Source of the DNA: a virus
Taxonomy: Duplodnaviria; Caudoviricetes
Direction: 5' to 3' (one strand)
DNA length: 64,000 bases
Virus record (IMG/VR): IMGVR_UViG_3300012020_000004
Location: 18,921-82,920 of that record
Every line of letters begins with the position of its first letter. The stretch's first letter is position 1. The notes under the pieces are model-generated. The model was not told the origin of the DNA. It worked only from the letters and a program-made list of their open reading frames with translations, and searched no databases. Positions 36,799 to 45,328 of the stretch are shown piece by piece. The position numbers and the translations under genes are program-made.

Positions 36799-36828
36799 AG
36801 TCTACCTGACTAGGCGAGCTTCTGTCTA
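36799..36828 (-). promoter_or_regulatory. Possible sigma70-like promoter for HNH/primase
   Basis: TAGACA-N18-TAGACT. Confidence 0.4.
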
Positions 36829-36883
36829 CATCTTGGTTTAGCCTACAGGCCGAAGCTGTAGCTTAGTACATCCTGGGCTTTTG

Positions 36884-38287
36884 TCATCTTCCCTCAAGCG
36901 CCGCCCGTATGTCGTGACTCCCGCGGATCACAGTATTGACCAGGCTGTCGTTCTCCTGGAGGTACTCCCACACACGACTCTGCAGGGTCTTCTGGGCAAT
37001 AGCTACCCGACAGTTAACCCCGCTTTTCTGCCCGTCCCGGTGTAGCCTGGCTATCGCCTGGTGGAACGTAGCGGCCCTGTAGGGCATCTCCACGAACAGC
37101 ATGTCCTGGCAAACATCCTGCAAGCCGTCGATGCCCGCCGAAGCTGCCTGTATTTGGAGGATAATGACCTTACACTTAGGGTCCTTGACGAATGTGTCAA
37201 TAGGCGCCTGGCGGTCTTTCGTCTCCCCCCACAAAGCCACAGCGTTGAACGCCTTCAGGTACTCGAGCAACTGCGTGGTCGTACGCCGGTAGTGGCAGAA
37301 GATCACGAGCTTCTTCCCGGCCAGTTCATCCATCACAGTGTCGATCAGGTCAAAGACCGTGCTCCTGATCCTGCCCTCGCTGAAGTACTCAGCGTTGCAC
37401 GGCACCTGCTGCAGCGCCTGATAGAGCGCGCTCACATTGGTGAGGTCGATCTTGCCCCCGTTCGTGAGCTTGACCATCTGTTCGTCCACCATGCGGTTGT
37501 AGAGCTTAAGGTGCTCAGGCTCAAGGTCGTAGTAGATCGGTGTGTAGGTGAGTTCGGGAAGATCCCTGAGAACGTCCTCCTTCAGTACCCTGTGCGCGAC
37601 CAGCAATAGGTTGCGGTTAAGCATGTCTAGGTGAGCGTACGCTTTGGGCTTGTTGGTCCTGAAATCCCTCTCAGTGACGTGGATGGATTCGAACTGATAC
37701 TGTGACTTGTAGATCTCCGGCGTCAGTAGCTTGATATAAGCGTACCCATCCTCTGGGACTGAAAGTGGCGTGCCGGTTAGCAGGCACAGATCGTTGATGA
37801 GAGAGAAGTCCCGGACAAATTTGAAGTTGTCCGAGCCCGGGTTCTTCAGCGCCTGGGCTTCATCAACGATGATGAACAGTCGGCAGTTGCCTAGTTCAGC
37901 CTCAAATCGCTTGATGTCACGCTTGAACATCTGGAGGCCAACGAGGATGAACTGCTTGTCGAACGTCAGCTTTTTGCGCTGGGCTGGCGTCCCAGCATAG
38001 ACCATCACGTCCATACCCGGAAACTTCTCGATGTTTCGCTTCCAGTTCTGGAGAAGCACAGGTGGCATGATCACCACCGTCTTCTCAATACTAGCGAAGA
38101 GCATCTTGTACATGGCTATGGTGATGGCAGTAAAGGTCTTACCTGTGCCCACGTCGAAGTACAGGCCCAACCTTGGCAGAGGCCCCAGCTCATTAGTAGC
38201 CTTTTGTTGGAACTCGTAGAGTTCCACAGGAAGTTTTATCCGTCGCTTCAGCTCCTGGTAAGGGAGGAAAGAGTCGTTGTTACCCAT
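36884..38287 (-). CDS. SF2 (SNF2-like) helicase
   Basis: LYEFQ Q-motif, DVGTGKT, IIVDEAQ, LLTGTP, QAIARLHRDGQ. Confidence 0.92.
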   Translation of the reverse strand: MGNNDSFLPYQELKRRIKLPVELYEFQQKATNELGPLPRLGLYFDVGTGKTFTAITIAMYKMLFASIEKTVVIMPPVLLQNWKRNIEKFPGMDVMVYAGTPAQRKKLTFDKQFILVGLQMFKRDIKRFEAELGNCRLFIIVDEAQALKNPGSDNFKFVRDFSLINDLCLLTGTPLSVPEDGYAYIKLLTPEIYKSQYQFESIHVTERDFRTNKPKAYAHLDMLNRNLLLVAHRVLKEDVLRDLPELTYTPIYYDLEPEHLKLYNRMVDEQMVKLTNGGKIDLTNVSALYQALQQVPCNAEYFSEGRIRSTVFDLIDTVMDELAGKKLVIFCHYRRTTTQLLEYLKAFNAVALWGETKDRQAPIDTFVKDPKCKVIILQIQAASAGIDGLQDVCQDMLFVEMPYRAATFHQAIARLHRDGQKSGVNCRVAIAQKTLQSRVWEYLQENDSLVNTVIRGSHDIRAALEGR

Positions 38288-38714
38288 ATTTCTTCCCGGA
38301 TTTGAAGTCCACCTTGTAGACGTTAGGGCCCAGCCCTGCACACAGCCTGGTGTTGGCCTCTTTGGCTCGATCCCACATACGGTATCGAAAAGCCGTGGGG
38401 AAGCCCTTGCAGAGCTTGTCGATCAGCGCCCCATGGGTACGCATACCCATGAACATCTCAAAGTCACGCATCATCTCGATTGGCGGGCCCTTGAGCGCAG
38501 TCCTGAGGTCCTTGTACATGCCGTTGTCGATGTGCTCTGAGATCATGTCCCCGGCCCAGACCTTGTCGTGCAGGGCGTCGACGTCCGGGTGAACGAGCCA
38601 GAGCAGGTTCATCTTGCACTGGTCGTACCCGAAGGTGGTAGCGTCCCCAGTCCAGTGCTGTGGCTCAATGTATGGGTAGTAGATGACTTCAGCTTTCAGC
38701 AGCTCTTCACTCAT
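38280..38714 (-). CDS. Hypothetical protein
   Basis: MSEELLKAEV..., SD AAGGAAG. Confidence 0.6.
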   Translation of the reverse strand: MSEELLKAEVIYYPYIEPQHWTGDATTFGYDQCKMNLLWLVHPDVDALHDKVWAGDMISEHIDNGMYKDLRTALKGPPIEMMRDFEMFMGMRTHGALIDKLCKGFPTAFRYRMWDRAKEANTRLCAGLGPNVYKVDFKSGKKYG

Positions 38715-38953
38715 AGTTTCTTCCTTACTTTGATAACGGGGACTACAGGATCGGCAGAGGTTACGGCGTAGTCCCCGACCTGACGGGTTAAGTGCCACCC
38801 GTTGCAGTACGGGCAACGGTAGACGCCCAGGACTTTGGCATTGCCGTTGCGCTCGATGGAGTCCATCGCCGCAGCCCTCGCGGTCAACTCGCAAGGGTAT
38901 CGGCGCTTACTCGCGCAGGTTTTGTTGTGCCCCTTTAGTGGGGGTGCTGTCAT
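38711..38953 (-). CDS. Small zinc-ribbon protein
   Basis: CASKRRY...YRCPYCNGWHLT. Confidence 0.7.
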   Translation of the reverse strand: MTAPPLKGHNKTCASKRRYPCELTARAAAMDSIERNGNAKVLGVYRCPYCNGWHLTRQVGDYAVTSADPVVPVIKVRKKL

Positions 38954-39288
38954 TTATTGACCTCCCTCAACGCCTCTCTCATCGCAGCATAGAAGCGAGT
39001 CGTCCATAGCGTGCCAATATAGTTGAAGTGGCCCCAGTCACGAACGAAATCAAGGAACCAGTCAGGGTTTTCCGGGAGGGCAGACTGCCCTGGCAACACC
39101 TTTCTGTCGCCGTGCACGATGGCCCGGTGGATACGGTTCACGGTGTCCTCGGGCAGGCCTGTGGCCCGAAGGAACCTCAGGACGTCCTCGTGATCCTCGG
39201 AGGCGCCCAGACCTTCGAGAAGACCCTTGATCTGTTCGTTGACGAGCCACAGAGGACTGTCCTCATCAAGTTCGACGGAGTTGTTCAT
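38950..39288 (-). CDS. Hypothetical protein
   Basis: MNNSVELDED..., starts in the CCGGAGGCCAAGCCATGA junction. Confidence 0.65.
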   Translation of the reverse strand: MNNSVELDEDSPLWLVNEQIKGLLEGLGASEDHEDVLRFLRATGLPEDTVNRIHRAIVHGDRKVLPGQSALPENPDWFLDFVRDWGHFNYIGTLWTTRFYAAMREALREVNK

Positions 39289-39479
39289 GGCTTGGCCTCC
39301 GGTGTTGCTTTGTATGAACCCATTCCAGTTAGACGACAACGGTCGTCATCCACCCTTTGCGCCTGTGACTGGATTGGTTTTCGTAGTGCATCAGGCATCT
39401 GGTTAAGGGTCTGCCAGTTCATTTCATGTAGGCAGGTTCTGCATTTTTCATGGGTGTACCCAAGACAATACGTTTTCAT
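39285..39479 (-). CDS. Hypothetical Cys-containing protein
   Basis: 64 aa ending PEAKP. Confidence 0.6.
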   Translation of the reverse strand: MKTYCLGYTHEKCRTCLHEMNWQTLNQMPDALRKPIQSQAQRVDDDRCRLTGMGSYKATPEAKP

Positions 39480-39688
39480 GGCTTGGCCTCCGGTGCAGAA
39501 AGCCCTTGTTCCTCGATAACGACGCCCATTCGCGTATTGATGACGTCCATGAGTTCGCTATCTCCGCGCTCCCTTGCCTCGCCGTACATGCCTGCCAACT
39601 CCATGATGTCAGAGCAGTCCAGCACCTTGAGCGTTTCGCGTACTCCGATAGGGGCGGGCCTCCCGAATATGTCTAGAAAAAAGGTCAT
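39476..39688 (-). CDS. Hypothetical protein
   Basis: 70 aa ending PEAKP. Confidence 0.6.
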   Translation of the reverse strand: MTFFLDIFGRPAPIGVRETLKVLDCSDIMELAGMYGEARERGDSELMDVINTRMGVVIEEQGLSAPEAKP

Positions 39689-40281
39689 GGCTTGGCCTCC
39701 GGTGCTGCTGCGAGCATTGCCTTCACTTCATCGACCAGTTCAAGCAGGGTGGTGTAGTGATCCATTTTGATCTCACCGTTCATTCCCGGACCAAAAGAAA
39801 GACCGCCCATGTCGTCATGACCGTATTCTATAGCGTAGTCGTTGGCTTTTTTCTGGAGCATGTCCGCGACAGCTTTGACGCCATCTTGCCATCCATCCGG
39901 CACGCTCGGCGCGGGTTCTCCCATGTGAGTAGGCCCGTTAATTTCAGCGATTAACTTCCGATTCAGGTCTTCAGCCTCAAGCGCACGCTTTTTCCAGATC
40001 GCGGCTTCCTCCATCGCACCTTGGTAGGCGTCTGCAAAACTCGGCGCGGGCTGTGCGCCGGTAACGCGAGCCTCGATGGCCTTCCACGTCGGCTCGTATT
40101 CCGGCCAGTCGGCCTCAACGATGAGCCCCTTAAACGTGGGCTTATTAGCGCAGTCTCTCCCGGCGTCAATCTCCATTTTCATCATCGTGATATTCGCCCT
40201 GTCTTTGTCTGTCAAGTATCTTTCAACATCGGACATCTTGAAAACGATGTAGCGTTCTTCACGCATGAACTCGTTGGTCAT
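39685..40281 (-). CDS. Ead/EaA-like phage protein
   Basis: REERYIVFK.SD, EADWPEYEPTWKAIEARV, PAPSVPDGW; ends PEAKP. Confidence 0.6.
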   Translation of the reverse strand: MTNEFMREERYIVFKMSDVERYLTDKDRANITMMKMEIDAGRDCANKPTFKGLIVEADWPEYEPTWKAIEARVTGAQPAPSFADAYQGAMEEAAIWKKRALEAEDLNRKLIAEINGPTHMGEPAPSVPDGWQDGVKAVADMLQKKANDYAIEYGHDDMGGLSFGPGMNGEIKMDHYTTLLELVDEVKAMLAAAPEAKP

Positions 40282-40472
40282 TTCTCTTCTCCTTGTGCGT
40301 TAGGTCTTTCGGGCAAGGGCATCCAGTGGGTCGGCTCAACCATGACATAAGGCCACGACCACACCCCGTAGACAGGACTCCAGAACCCATCGGCTATACG
40401 ACCTTTCGGAGTAGCCAGAAGAATAAAACTTCCGTCCTTTGGTGCTGTTTCAATCGGTTGCCACATGTTCAT
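40278..40472 (-). CDS. DUF551-like protein
   Basis: WQPIETAPKDG...PTHWMPLP. Confidence 0.8.
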   Translation of the reverse strand: MNMWQPIETAPKDGSFILLATPKGRIADGFWSPVYGVWSWPYVMVEPTHWMPLPERPNAQGEEK

Positions 40473-40912
40473 TTCTCTTCTCCTTTTGCGCCGGAGAGGG
40501 CGTAGAGCGGCTGAACTTCGTGGTTGTGCTTTCTTGCCCGCCGTGCGGTTTCTTCTGTCAGCTCGCCGTACTGCCACATAACGGCACCACGATAACGCCA
40601 GCGATACGCGGTCGCCGTAACCAGACGGGCTGGCTCCTACTGCTCCATCCTTGCGATCTTGGCGCGCAGGGCTGCGCATTCATTCATCGCGTCTTCGCAG
40701 CGCTCTGCGTGCCAGTCACGCTCCCTCTCAGCCGCTTCGAGCTTCGCCATCAGTGCCGCTTCGCGCTCGCTACCCATGCCGTTGAGCCGAGCTTGTTCGA
40801 GACATTCGGACTCAGCCGCTTCGAGGCGGTCGAGAAGTTCATTAATGGTTACAGGAGATGTAGGCCAATAACAGTCAGCAATCACCTTGCGCAGTTCGTT
40901 GATGTCGATCAT
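40469..40912 (-). pseudogene. Ead/Ea22-like gene with in-frame amber stop
   Basis: ...ARMEQ-TAG-EPARL... continues in frame for 55 codons to a TGA overlapping the next ATG. Confidence 0.55.
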
Positions 40913-41262
40913 TTCGATTCTCCCAGTATCGCTTCACACCACCTCAGCTCTTCAGCGGTCATCAGCATGTCGTGGCTGTTTTGACGGACGGCCAGCCGCA
41001 GAGCGTCGGTGAGTGTGGCACAGCGCTCTTCGAGTTCAGAGATCATGTCTTTAAGAGCGTCGGCGCGGTGCATGCCAAGATACTTGGCAGGCGCGCTCTC
41101 CTGCACCCACTCCGTCTTGTCGGTCCACTCGTTGTACGCAGTGCGATAACGTTGCAAGTTCTCAAGTTCGTCGGCAGCTTTCGACATTGCCGCGGGGTAT
41201 ATGTTGTACCCGTTGGCGTACAGGTCTTCGGCCAGCATTCGTAGTTCGTTGACCAGGTTCAT
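40909..41262 (-). CDS. Hypothetical coiled-coil protein
   Basis: MNLVNELRML..., EWTDKTEWVQ...LGMHRAD motif. Confidence 0.65.
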   Translation of the reverse strand: MNLVNELRMLAEDLYANGYNIYPAAMSKAADELENLQRYRTAYNEWTDKTEWVQESAPAKYLGMHRADALKDMISELEERCATLTDALRLAVRQNSHDMLMTAEELRWCEAILGESK

Positions 41263-41263
41263 G

Positions 41264-41437
41264 TCAGTTGTCCTGAAGATGAAGTGGATCAACCGTGTCC
41301 AGCAATTCAAGCAAATCTACATTGGTGAGGTCATTGATTCGCTTATCAATGTACTCGTCGTACCAGCCAGGGCGAGTTGCGTAACCTTGCTCTTGCCACT
41401 CATCAAAGTAACGACGAAGGCTTTCAAGTCGGTGCAT
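41264..41437 (-). CDS. Hypothetical protein (57 aa)
   Basis: GGAGA SD, MHRLESLRRYF. Confidence 0.5.
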   Translation of the reverse strand: MHRLESLRRYFDEWQEQGYATRPGWYDEYIDKRINDLTNVDLLELLDTVDPLHLQDN

Positions 41438-41546
41438 GTTTGTCTCCAAGCGTAAAGGTGCCCCGCCGACACCAAGGTGTCCCACGACCCACAACGGACA
41501 ACTCCTATAAAGTTGAGGTTGTTAGAGGTGACGGCGGGGCATTGAC

Positions 41547-41622
41547 TGGTGGGCCCTGCGGGACTTGAACCCGCAACCTTCGAATTATGAGTTCGCTGCT
41601 TGACCGATTAAGCTAAAGGCCC
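41547..41622 (-). tRNA. tRNA with CAU anticodon, most like tRNA-Ile2 (lysidine, reads AUA)
   Basis: GGGCCTT/AGGGCCC-A-CCA acceptor, CT-CAT-AA loop, TTCAA T-loop; G1-C72 pair and no triple G-C anticodon stem, so not an initiator. Confidence 0.85.
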
Positions 41623-41629
41623 GGGACTA

Positions 41630-41788
41630 CTACGGCCCCTCGTAGCGAACCTGCTTACCGTTGATCATCACCGACCCCGGACGCTTGACCTCGTGGTCCA
41701 TGATGGCCCGCGGAAGGTCAGGCTTGCACATCTGCTTGCGAATATCCTTGGGCGCCGACGCCCACATCACTTTGTGTTCACGCTTCAT
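41630..41788 (-). CDS. Small hypothetical protein (52 aa)
   Basis: MKREHKVMWASAPK..., AGGAG SD. Confidence 0.55.
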   Translation of the reverse strand: MKREHKVMWASAPKDIRKQMCKPDLPRAIMDHEVKRPGSVMINGKQVRYEGP

Positions 41789-41814
41789 TTAGTGTTTCTC
41801 CTTTGTTTGACTAC

Positions 41815-42036
41815 TTAACGACGAAGCCCAAGGAGGCTCTGGATGGTCTCTGCGTCCTGGTGAACGCGATCGGTAAGCACTGTGAGGCCCCACACCGACT
41901 TAAGGCTGCAGGACTTCTCAGTACCTGTACGAATGCCTACCGCTTCCGCGGTGGCAACCTTGCGGCCGGCGAACCGGCCGCTCAATGGGGTCAATTCATA
42001 CAGCCCCGCTTGATTCTTCTCAATAGCAAGTTGCAT
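41815..42036 (-). CDS. Hypothetical protein
   Basis: 73 aa, GAGGA SD. Confidence 0.55.
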   Translation of the reverse strand: MQLAIEKNQAGLYELTPLSGRFAGRKVATAEAVGIRTGTEKSCSLKSVWGLTVLTDRVHQDAETIQSLLGLRR

Positions 42037-42048
42037 GCCGTGTCGTCC

Positions 42049-42279
42049 TCAGATAGATTTGGGGAAGGGGTCAGTGTCGAGCTTGTGGTACGGGAAGTGC
42101 CCGCGCACCAGTCGGTGGAATGCGCTCCCTACGCTATCAGACTCCTTCAGGGTGCGAAAGACAGGGAAAGGGACCTTCTCGTAGCTATACGTCTGACCGC
42201 TATTGAAGCGGATGAACAACTGCCCTCGTCGATACCCGAGACAGTTGATATTGCTCGATACCACGTAGTGGGGCTTCAT
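42049..42279 (-). CDS. KTSC-domain protein
   Basis: VVSSNI..LGY....LFIRFNSG..YSY..VP..VF..L..SDSVGSAF...VRG.FPY. Confidence 0.85.
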   Translation of the reverse strand: MKPHYVVSSNINCLGYRRGQLFIRFNSGQTYSYEKVPFPVFRTLKESDSVGSAFHRLVRGHFPYHKLDTDPFPKSI

Positions 42280-42518
42280 GCCGAGTACTCCCACTCTCGC
42301 TCGAACCGGGCAGTGTACAGGTCCTCCAGCGCTTGCGCCTCAAGACGCTCAACGACAGGTAGCGCGGCCATGACGAGGTCGTATTCGATACTAGACTCCA
42401 GTAGAAAGTGAGCGTCATGGCCCCGACAACTCAGATCATCAAAAATGAGCTGGTCATCTTCGTCCAAGTAGACCTTGGCCTCGAAGGTCAGGCCGATGTG
42501 CTGAAACGTGATGTTCAT
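42276..42518 (-). CDS. Hypothetical acidic protein
   Basis: 80 aa, AGGAG SD. Confidence 0.55.
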   Translation of the reverse strand: MNITFQHIGLTFEAKVYLDEDDQLIFDDLSCRGHDAHFLLESSIEYDLVMAALPVVERLEAQALEDLYTARFEREWEYSA

Positions 42519-42560
42519 GTTAGCACTCCTGTTTGTTGTGTCAACTTGCACCCACCCACA

Positions 42561-43232
42561 TTAGTGGCGTTTGAAAGCCACAGGTTTGGTGGTCGACCAG
42601 CACAGGCCGCAGGTCATGCAGCTGGCGGTCTTGCCGATCTGCTCCGGGCACGGGATGCCCTCGCCCTCGACGTTGGCGCTCATGGGCCCTCCGGCGTTCG
42701 AGAACCTGATCCAGACCCGCTCCGGGTCCGCGTCGTTGATGGTCTGCACGGCGCGGCCGATCTCGCTGTCCCTGGGCCACTGGGTGAAGCCGAAGATGTG
42801 CAGGCCTCGGTGCTCGAGGACAAGGTGGCGCCAGAAGGCAGCGTACCCCTCAGAAACAAAGTCCCCGAGAACATGCAGGCGAACGAGTACCTTCCCATAA
42901 GTACGCAGCAGACTCTTAAGCTCCTGCTCAATCCTCGCTTGAAGCGCAGGCATGTCGTCACTGCTGACCCGAGTCGCAAAACGGACATTGTTACCGTAGC
43001 ATTCCGCCCACATCTGGCAACTTGTTGGGCACGTCTTCCTTTCTTCCAGCGTCAGCGTGAAGGCTGCCATACCGCGCCACTTCCCCTTGGCAACCACGGG
43101 TACGCCGTTGCCCAGCTTCGAGTTGTTGGCCACGCTCTGAAGCACGCGCTTGACCTCGGTCACCGTCTTCACGCGGTAGGGGAAGACGGTTTGATGTTCG
43201 GAGAGCGCTGGGTTGTCAGGCCTTAGCTTCAT
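42561..43232 (-). CDS. GP88-like Cys-rich protein
   Basis: NNSKLG, TCPTSC...CYG, VRLHVLGDF, CPEQ...SCMTCGLCW. Confidence 0.65.
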   Translation of the reverse strand: MKLRPDNPALSEHQTVFPYRVKTVTEVKRVLQSVANNSKLGNGVPVVAKGKWRGMAAFTLTLEERKTCPTSCQMWAECYGNNVRFATRVSSDDMPALQARIEQELKSLLRTYGKVLVRLHVLGDFVSEGYAAFWRHLVLEHRGLHIFGFTQWPRDSEIGRAVQTINDADPERVWIRFSNAGGPMSANVEGEGIPCPEQIGKTASCMTCGLCWSTTKPVAFKRH

Positions 43233-43782
43233 GCGACTCCTCCGTCACCAGCATGGCTGCTTTCACTTGGCTGAGCTTCAGGCGGTACGTGGTCCCCGTC
43301 TCCACGCTCTTTGCGTAGAAGCCCCGGCGCCCAATGTCGCACTCCAGCCTGTAGTCGTGGCCGTAGAGCCGAACCACGTCCCCAACCTTCTTCACCACCT
43401 TCTTGAAGTTCACGTTGGCCCAGCACTTCTCGCGCCAGGTGTTAGCCCACTCACTGTCAGTGGGTGTGAGCAGCTTCAGGATCTTCTCCGGGCAGTTGTG
43501 ATAGTACGGGCCCTCAAACTCGCTCATCGCCTTGACGCAGCAGTTGTAGTGGTCCTCCGGGTGCCAGCTCACCTTCAGCACGGCGCACCACACCTCACGT
43601 GTGCCATCAGCCCTCACGTGCTCGACGGCGGCGTAAAACTCACGCATGTTAACCAGGGCTGTGGCCAGGACGGTGTGCTTTTCCCCGGTCTCCTTGTCGT
43701 GGCTGTCCCAGGTCAGGTGGTTCTGGATGATGAAGTCGGTGGCCTTTACGTTGTCAGGCTTGTGGCTGCAGGTGGTGCCCAT
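43216..43782 (-). CDS. DUF6927-like protein
   Basis: FYAAV...MSEFEGPYYHNCP..IL.LL....SEWA..WR..C. Confidence 0.6.
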   Translation of the reverse strand: MGTTCSHKPDNVKATDFIIQNHLTWDSHDKETGEKHTVLATALVNMREFYAAVEHVRADGTREVWCAVLKVSWHPEDHYNCCVKAMSEFEGPYYHNCPEKILKLLTPTDSEWANTWREKCWANVNFKKVVKKVGDVVRLYGHDYRLECDIGRRGFYAKSVETGTTYRLKLSQVKAAMLVTEESHEAKA

Positions 43783-43803
43783 GATGTACTCCTAGAAATG
43801 AAG

Positions 43804-43823
43804 AAGGCCCACGTGTGGGCCTT
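43804..43823 (-). terminator. Possible terminator hairpin
   Basis: AAGGCCCA-CACG-TGGGCCTT followed by CTTCATTT. Confidence 0.4.
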
Positions 43824-43847
43824 AATTTAGAACTGCGGATGGTTTGA

Positions 43848-44255
43848 CTACTCTTCGATCAGCGATTCATTAGGGTATCCGTCCTCATCAGTAATTTCGC
43901 AGATGGCCATCTCGATGGCGTCCTTGTGCTCCAGCGCCCACTCCACGACGTGCTTGGGGAACAAGTCCGTGTTCTCTCCCTGGAGCCCTGTACGCATCTC
44001 ATACTCCGCTGACTCAACGGCAGCTAGCATGAAGCCCAGGAAGGACACGAAGATGCCGACAGTGCTCTGAAAGCCGCCGACACCGGAGCGCAGCTGGTCA
44101 CCCACATACTCAAACTCTGGCGTGACTAGCAGGAAGGTGGCCAGGTCCCTCCCCTCTTCAGCGACCTGAACGTCGGTCAAGTGCAAGATCCCGTCCCCGA
44201 TCTTGATGCCCGGGGATAGTGTCGACGTTATGATGAACTGGTCATGCAGCTTCAT
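43848..44255 (-). CDS. Hypothetical acidic protein
   Basis: 135 aa, GGAGAAGG SD. Confidence 0.65.
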   Translation of the reverse strand: MKLHDQFIITSTLSPGIKIGDGILHLTDVQVAEEGRDLATFLLVTPEFEYVGDQLRSGVGGFQSTVGIFVSFLGFMLAAVESAEYEMRTGLQGENTDLFPKHVVEWALEHKDAIEMAICEITDEDGYPNESLIEE

Positions 44256-44640
44256 TACCTTCTCCTTGATCCAGAGATTCAATCCACGCGGCTACCTTCT
44301 GGCAGTCCTGGGCGTCCAGGTCGTACTCGGGGTAGCCACCATCGAGGCTGAGGCCATTCCTGACCGGGCCCCCGTTGAAACTGTACTTGGACTTGCCCAG
44401 AAACGTGCTGAGGTAGTAGCGACTGATGAACCAGTAGCCCTTGACCCCGTCCCAGGCCAAGGCGCCATCTTTGTCGTCCCCGATGAGGCTGTAGAACTCG
44501 ATCATCGGCTCTTTGAATGACTCCTTACGGTCTGGGTGTGTAAGGCACCCGTCAAGGCCGTAGCGGTCACCCAGTCGAACAAGTCGGGTGAGCATGGGCT
44601 CACCCCGGAAAGAGGTAAAGGTCATTCTTGGTGCGGTCAC
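44242..44640 (-). CDS. Hypothetical protein
   Basis: 132 aa; YGLDGCL and FISRYYLSTF motifs. Confidence 0.65.
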   Translation of the reverse strand: MTAPRMTFTSFRGEPMLTRLVRLGDRYGLDGCLTHPDRKESFKEPMIEFYSLIGDDKDGALAWDGVKGYWFISRYYLSTFLGKSKYSFNGGPVRNGLSLDGGYPEYDLDAQDCQKVAAWIESLDQGEGNEAA

Positions 44641-45128
44641 TTGGAGAACTCCTTCTTCACGGTTTCCAGCACCTGGGCAGCGATGCTCAGATGGGCCTTA
44701 TCCTTCGCCTGCTTCACCATCTCCTCGATGTCGCGCTTGACTTGCTGATGGAACATAGCCTCGTACACCTGCTTTACCACATACTCGTGGCGAGGCACCT
44801 TCTCGCCGTAGCTGCTGCCAGTGCGCCCGTCGCTTCCCACCTTTTCGGTCAGGAACGTCTCCGCCTTCTTGGCCAGCACGCCCATGACTGTGGTTGGCTC
44901 ACCCACAGGGCTGCCGAACACGTCCATTGGTTGGAACACGCGAGTCACGACATCGGCGAGGATCTCGTTGACCTTGGCTTCGATGGCCTTGGTCATGAGC
45001 TTGTCGAACTCTTGGCGGTGCTCCCGCCCCAAGCGTTCTACATACTGGGCTGCCGCCCGCTCCACGATCTCTTCAAGGACGCGGTCCTGGCAGTAGTTCA
45101 GCGTTACTTCGATCTTGTCGGTCATCAC
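44637..45128 (-). CDS. Hypothetical protein
   Basis: 163 aa, coupled. Confidence 0.65.
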   Translation of the reverse strand: MMTDKIEVTLNYCQDRVLEEIVERAAAQYVERLGREHRQEFDKLMTKAIEAKVNEILADVVTRVFQPMDVFGSPVGEPTTVMGVLAKKAETFLTEKVGSDGRTGSSYGEKVPRHEYVVKQVYEAMFHQQVKRDIEEMVKQAKDKAHLSIAAQVLETVKKEFSK

Positions 45129-45328
45129 GACTCTCCTTCAGCTGTATCCGGGAACAACTCGTCCATACACTCCTTGTTAATGAACCCGTCCCCGTCCTTG
45201 TCGCGCTCGATGTAGAACTCCAGCTCATCTACCCGGGCCTGAGCGGCAGCTAACTCCACACGCATGGTGGCAAGCTCGTCCTCAGCTTCCGTGTATGCCT
45301 GCCACAGGCTCTCGTAGCTCATGTCCAT
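45125..45328 (-). CDS. Hypothetical coiled-coil protein
   Basis: 67 aa from MDMSYESL. Confidence 0.55.
   Translation of the reverse strand: MDMSYESLWQAYTEAEDELATMRVELAAAQARVDELEFYIERDKDGDGFINKECMDELFPDTAEGES

Noticed and set aside
40637-40639. Genome-wide amber (TAG) recoding
   Set aside because: No suppressor tRNA is seen, and many intact genes end at TAG with the next gene following directly.
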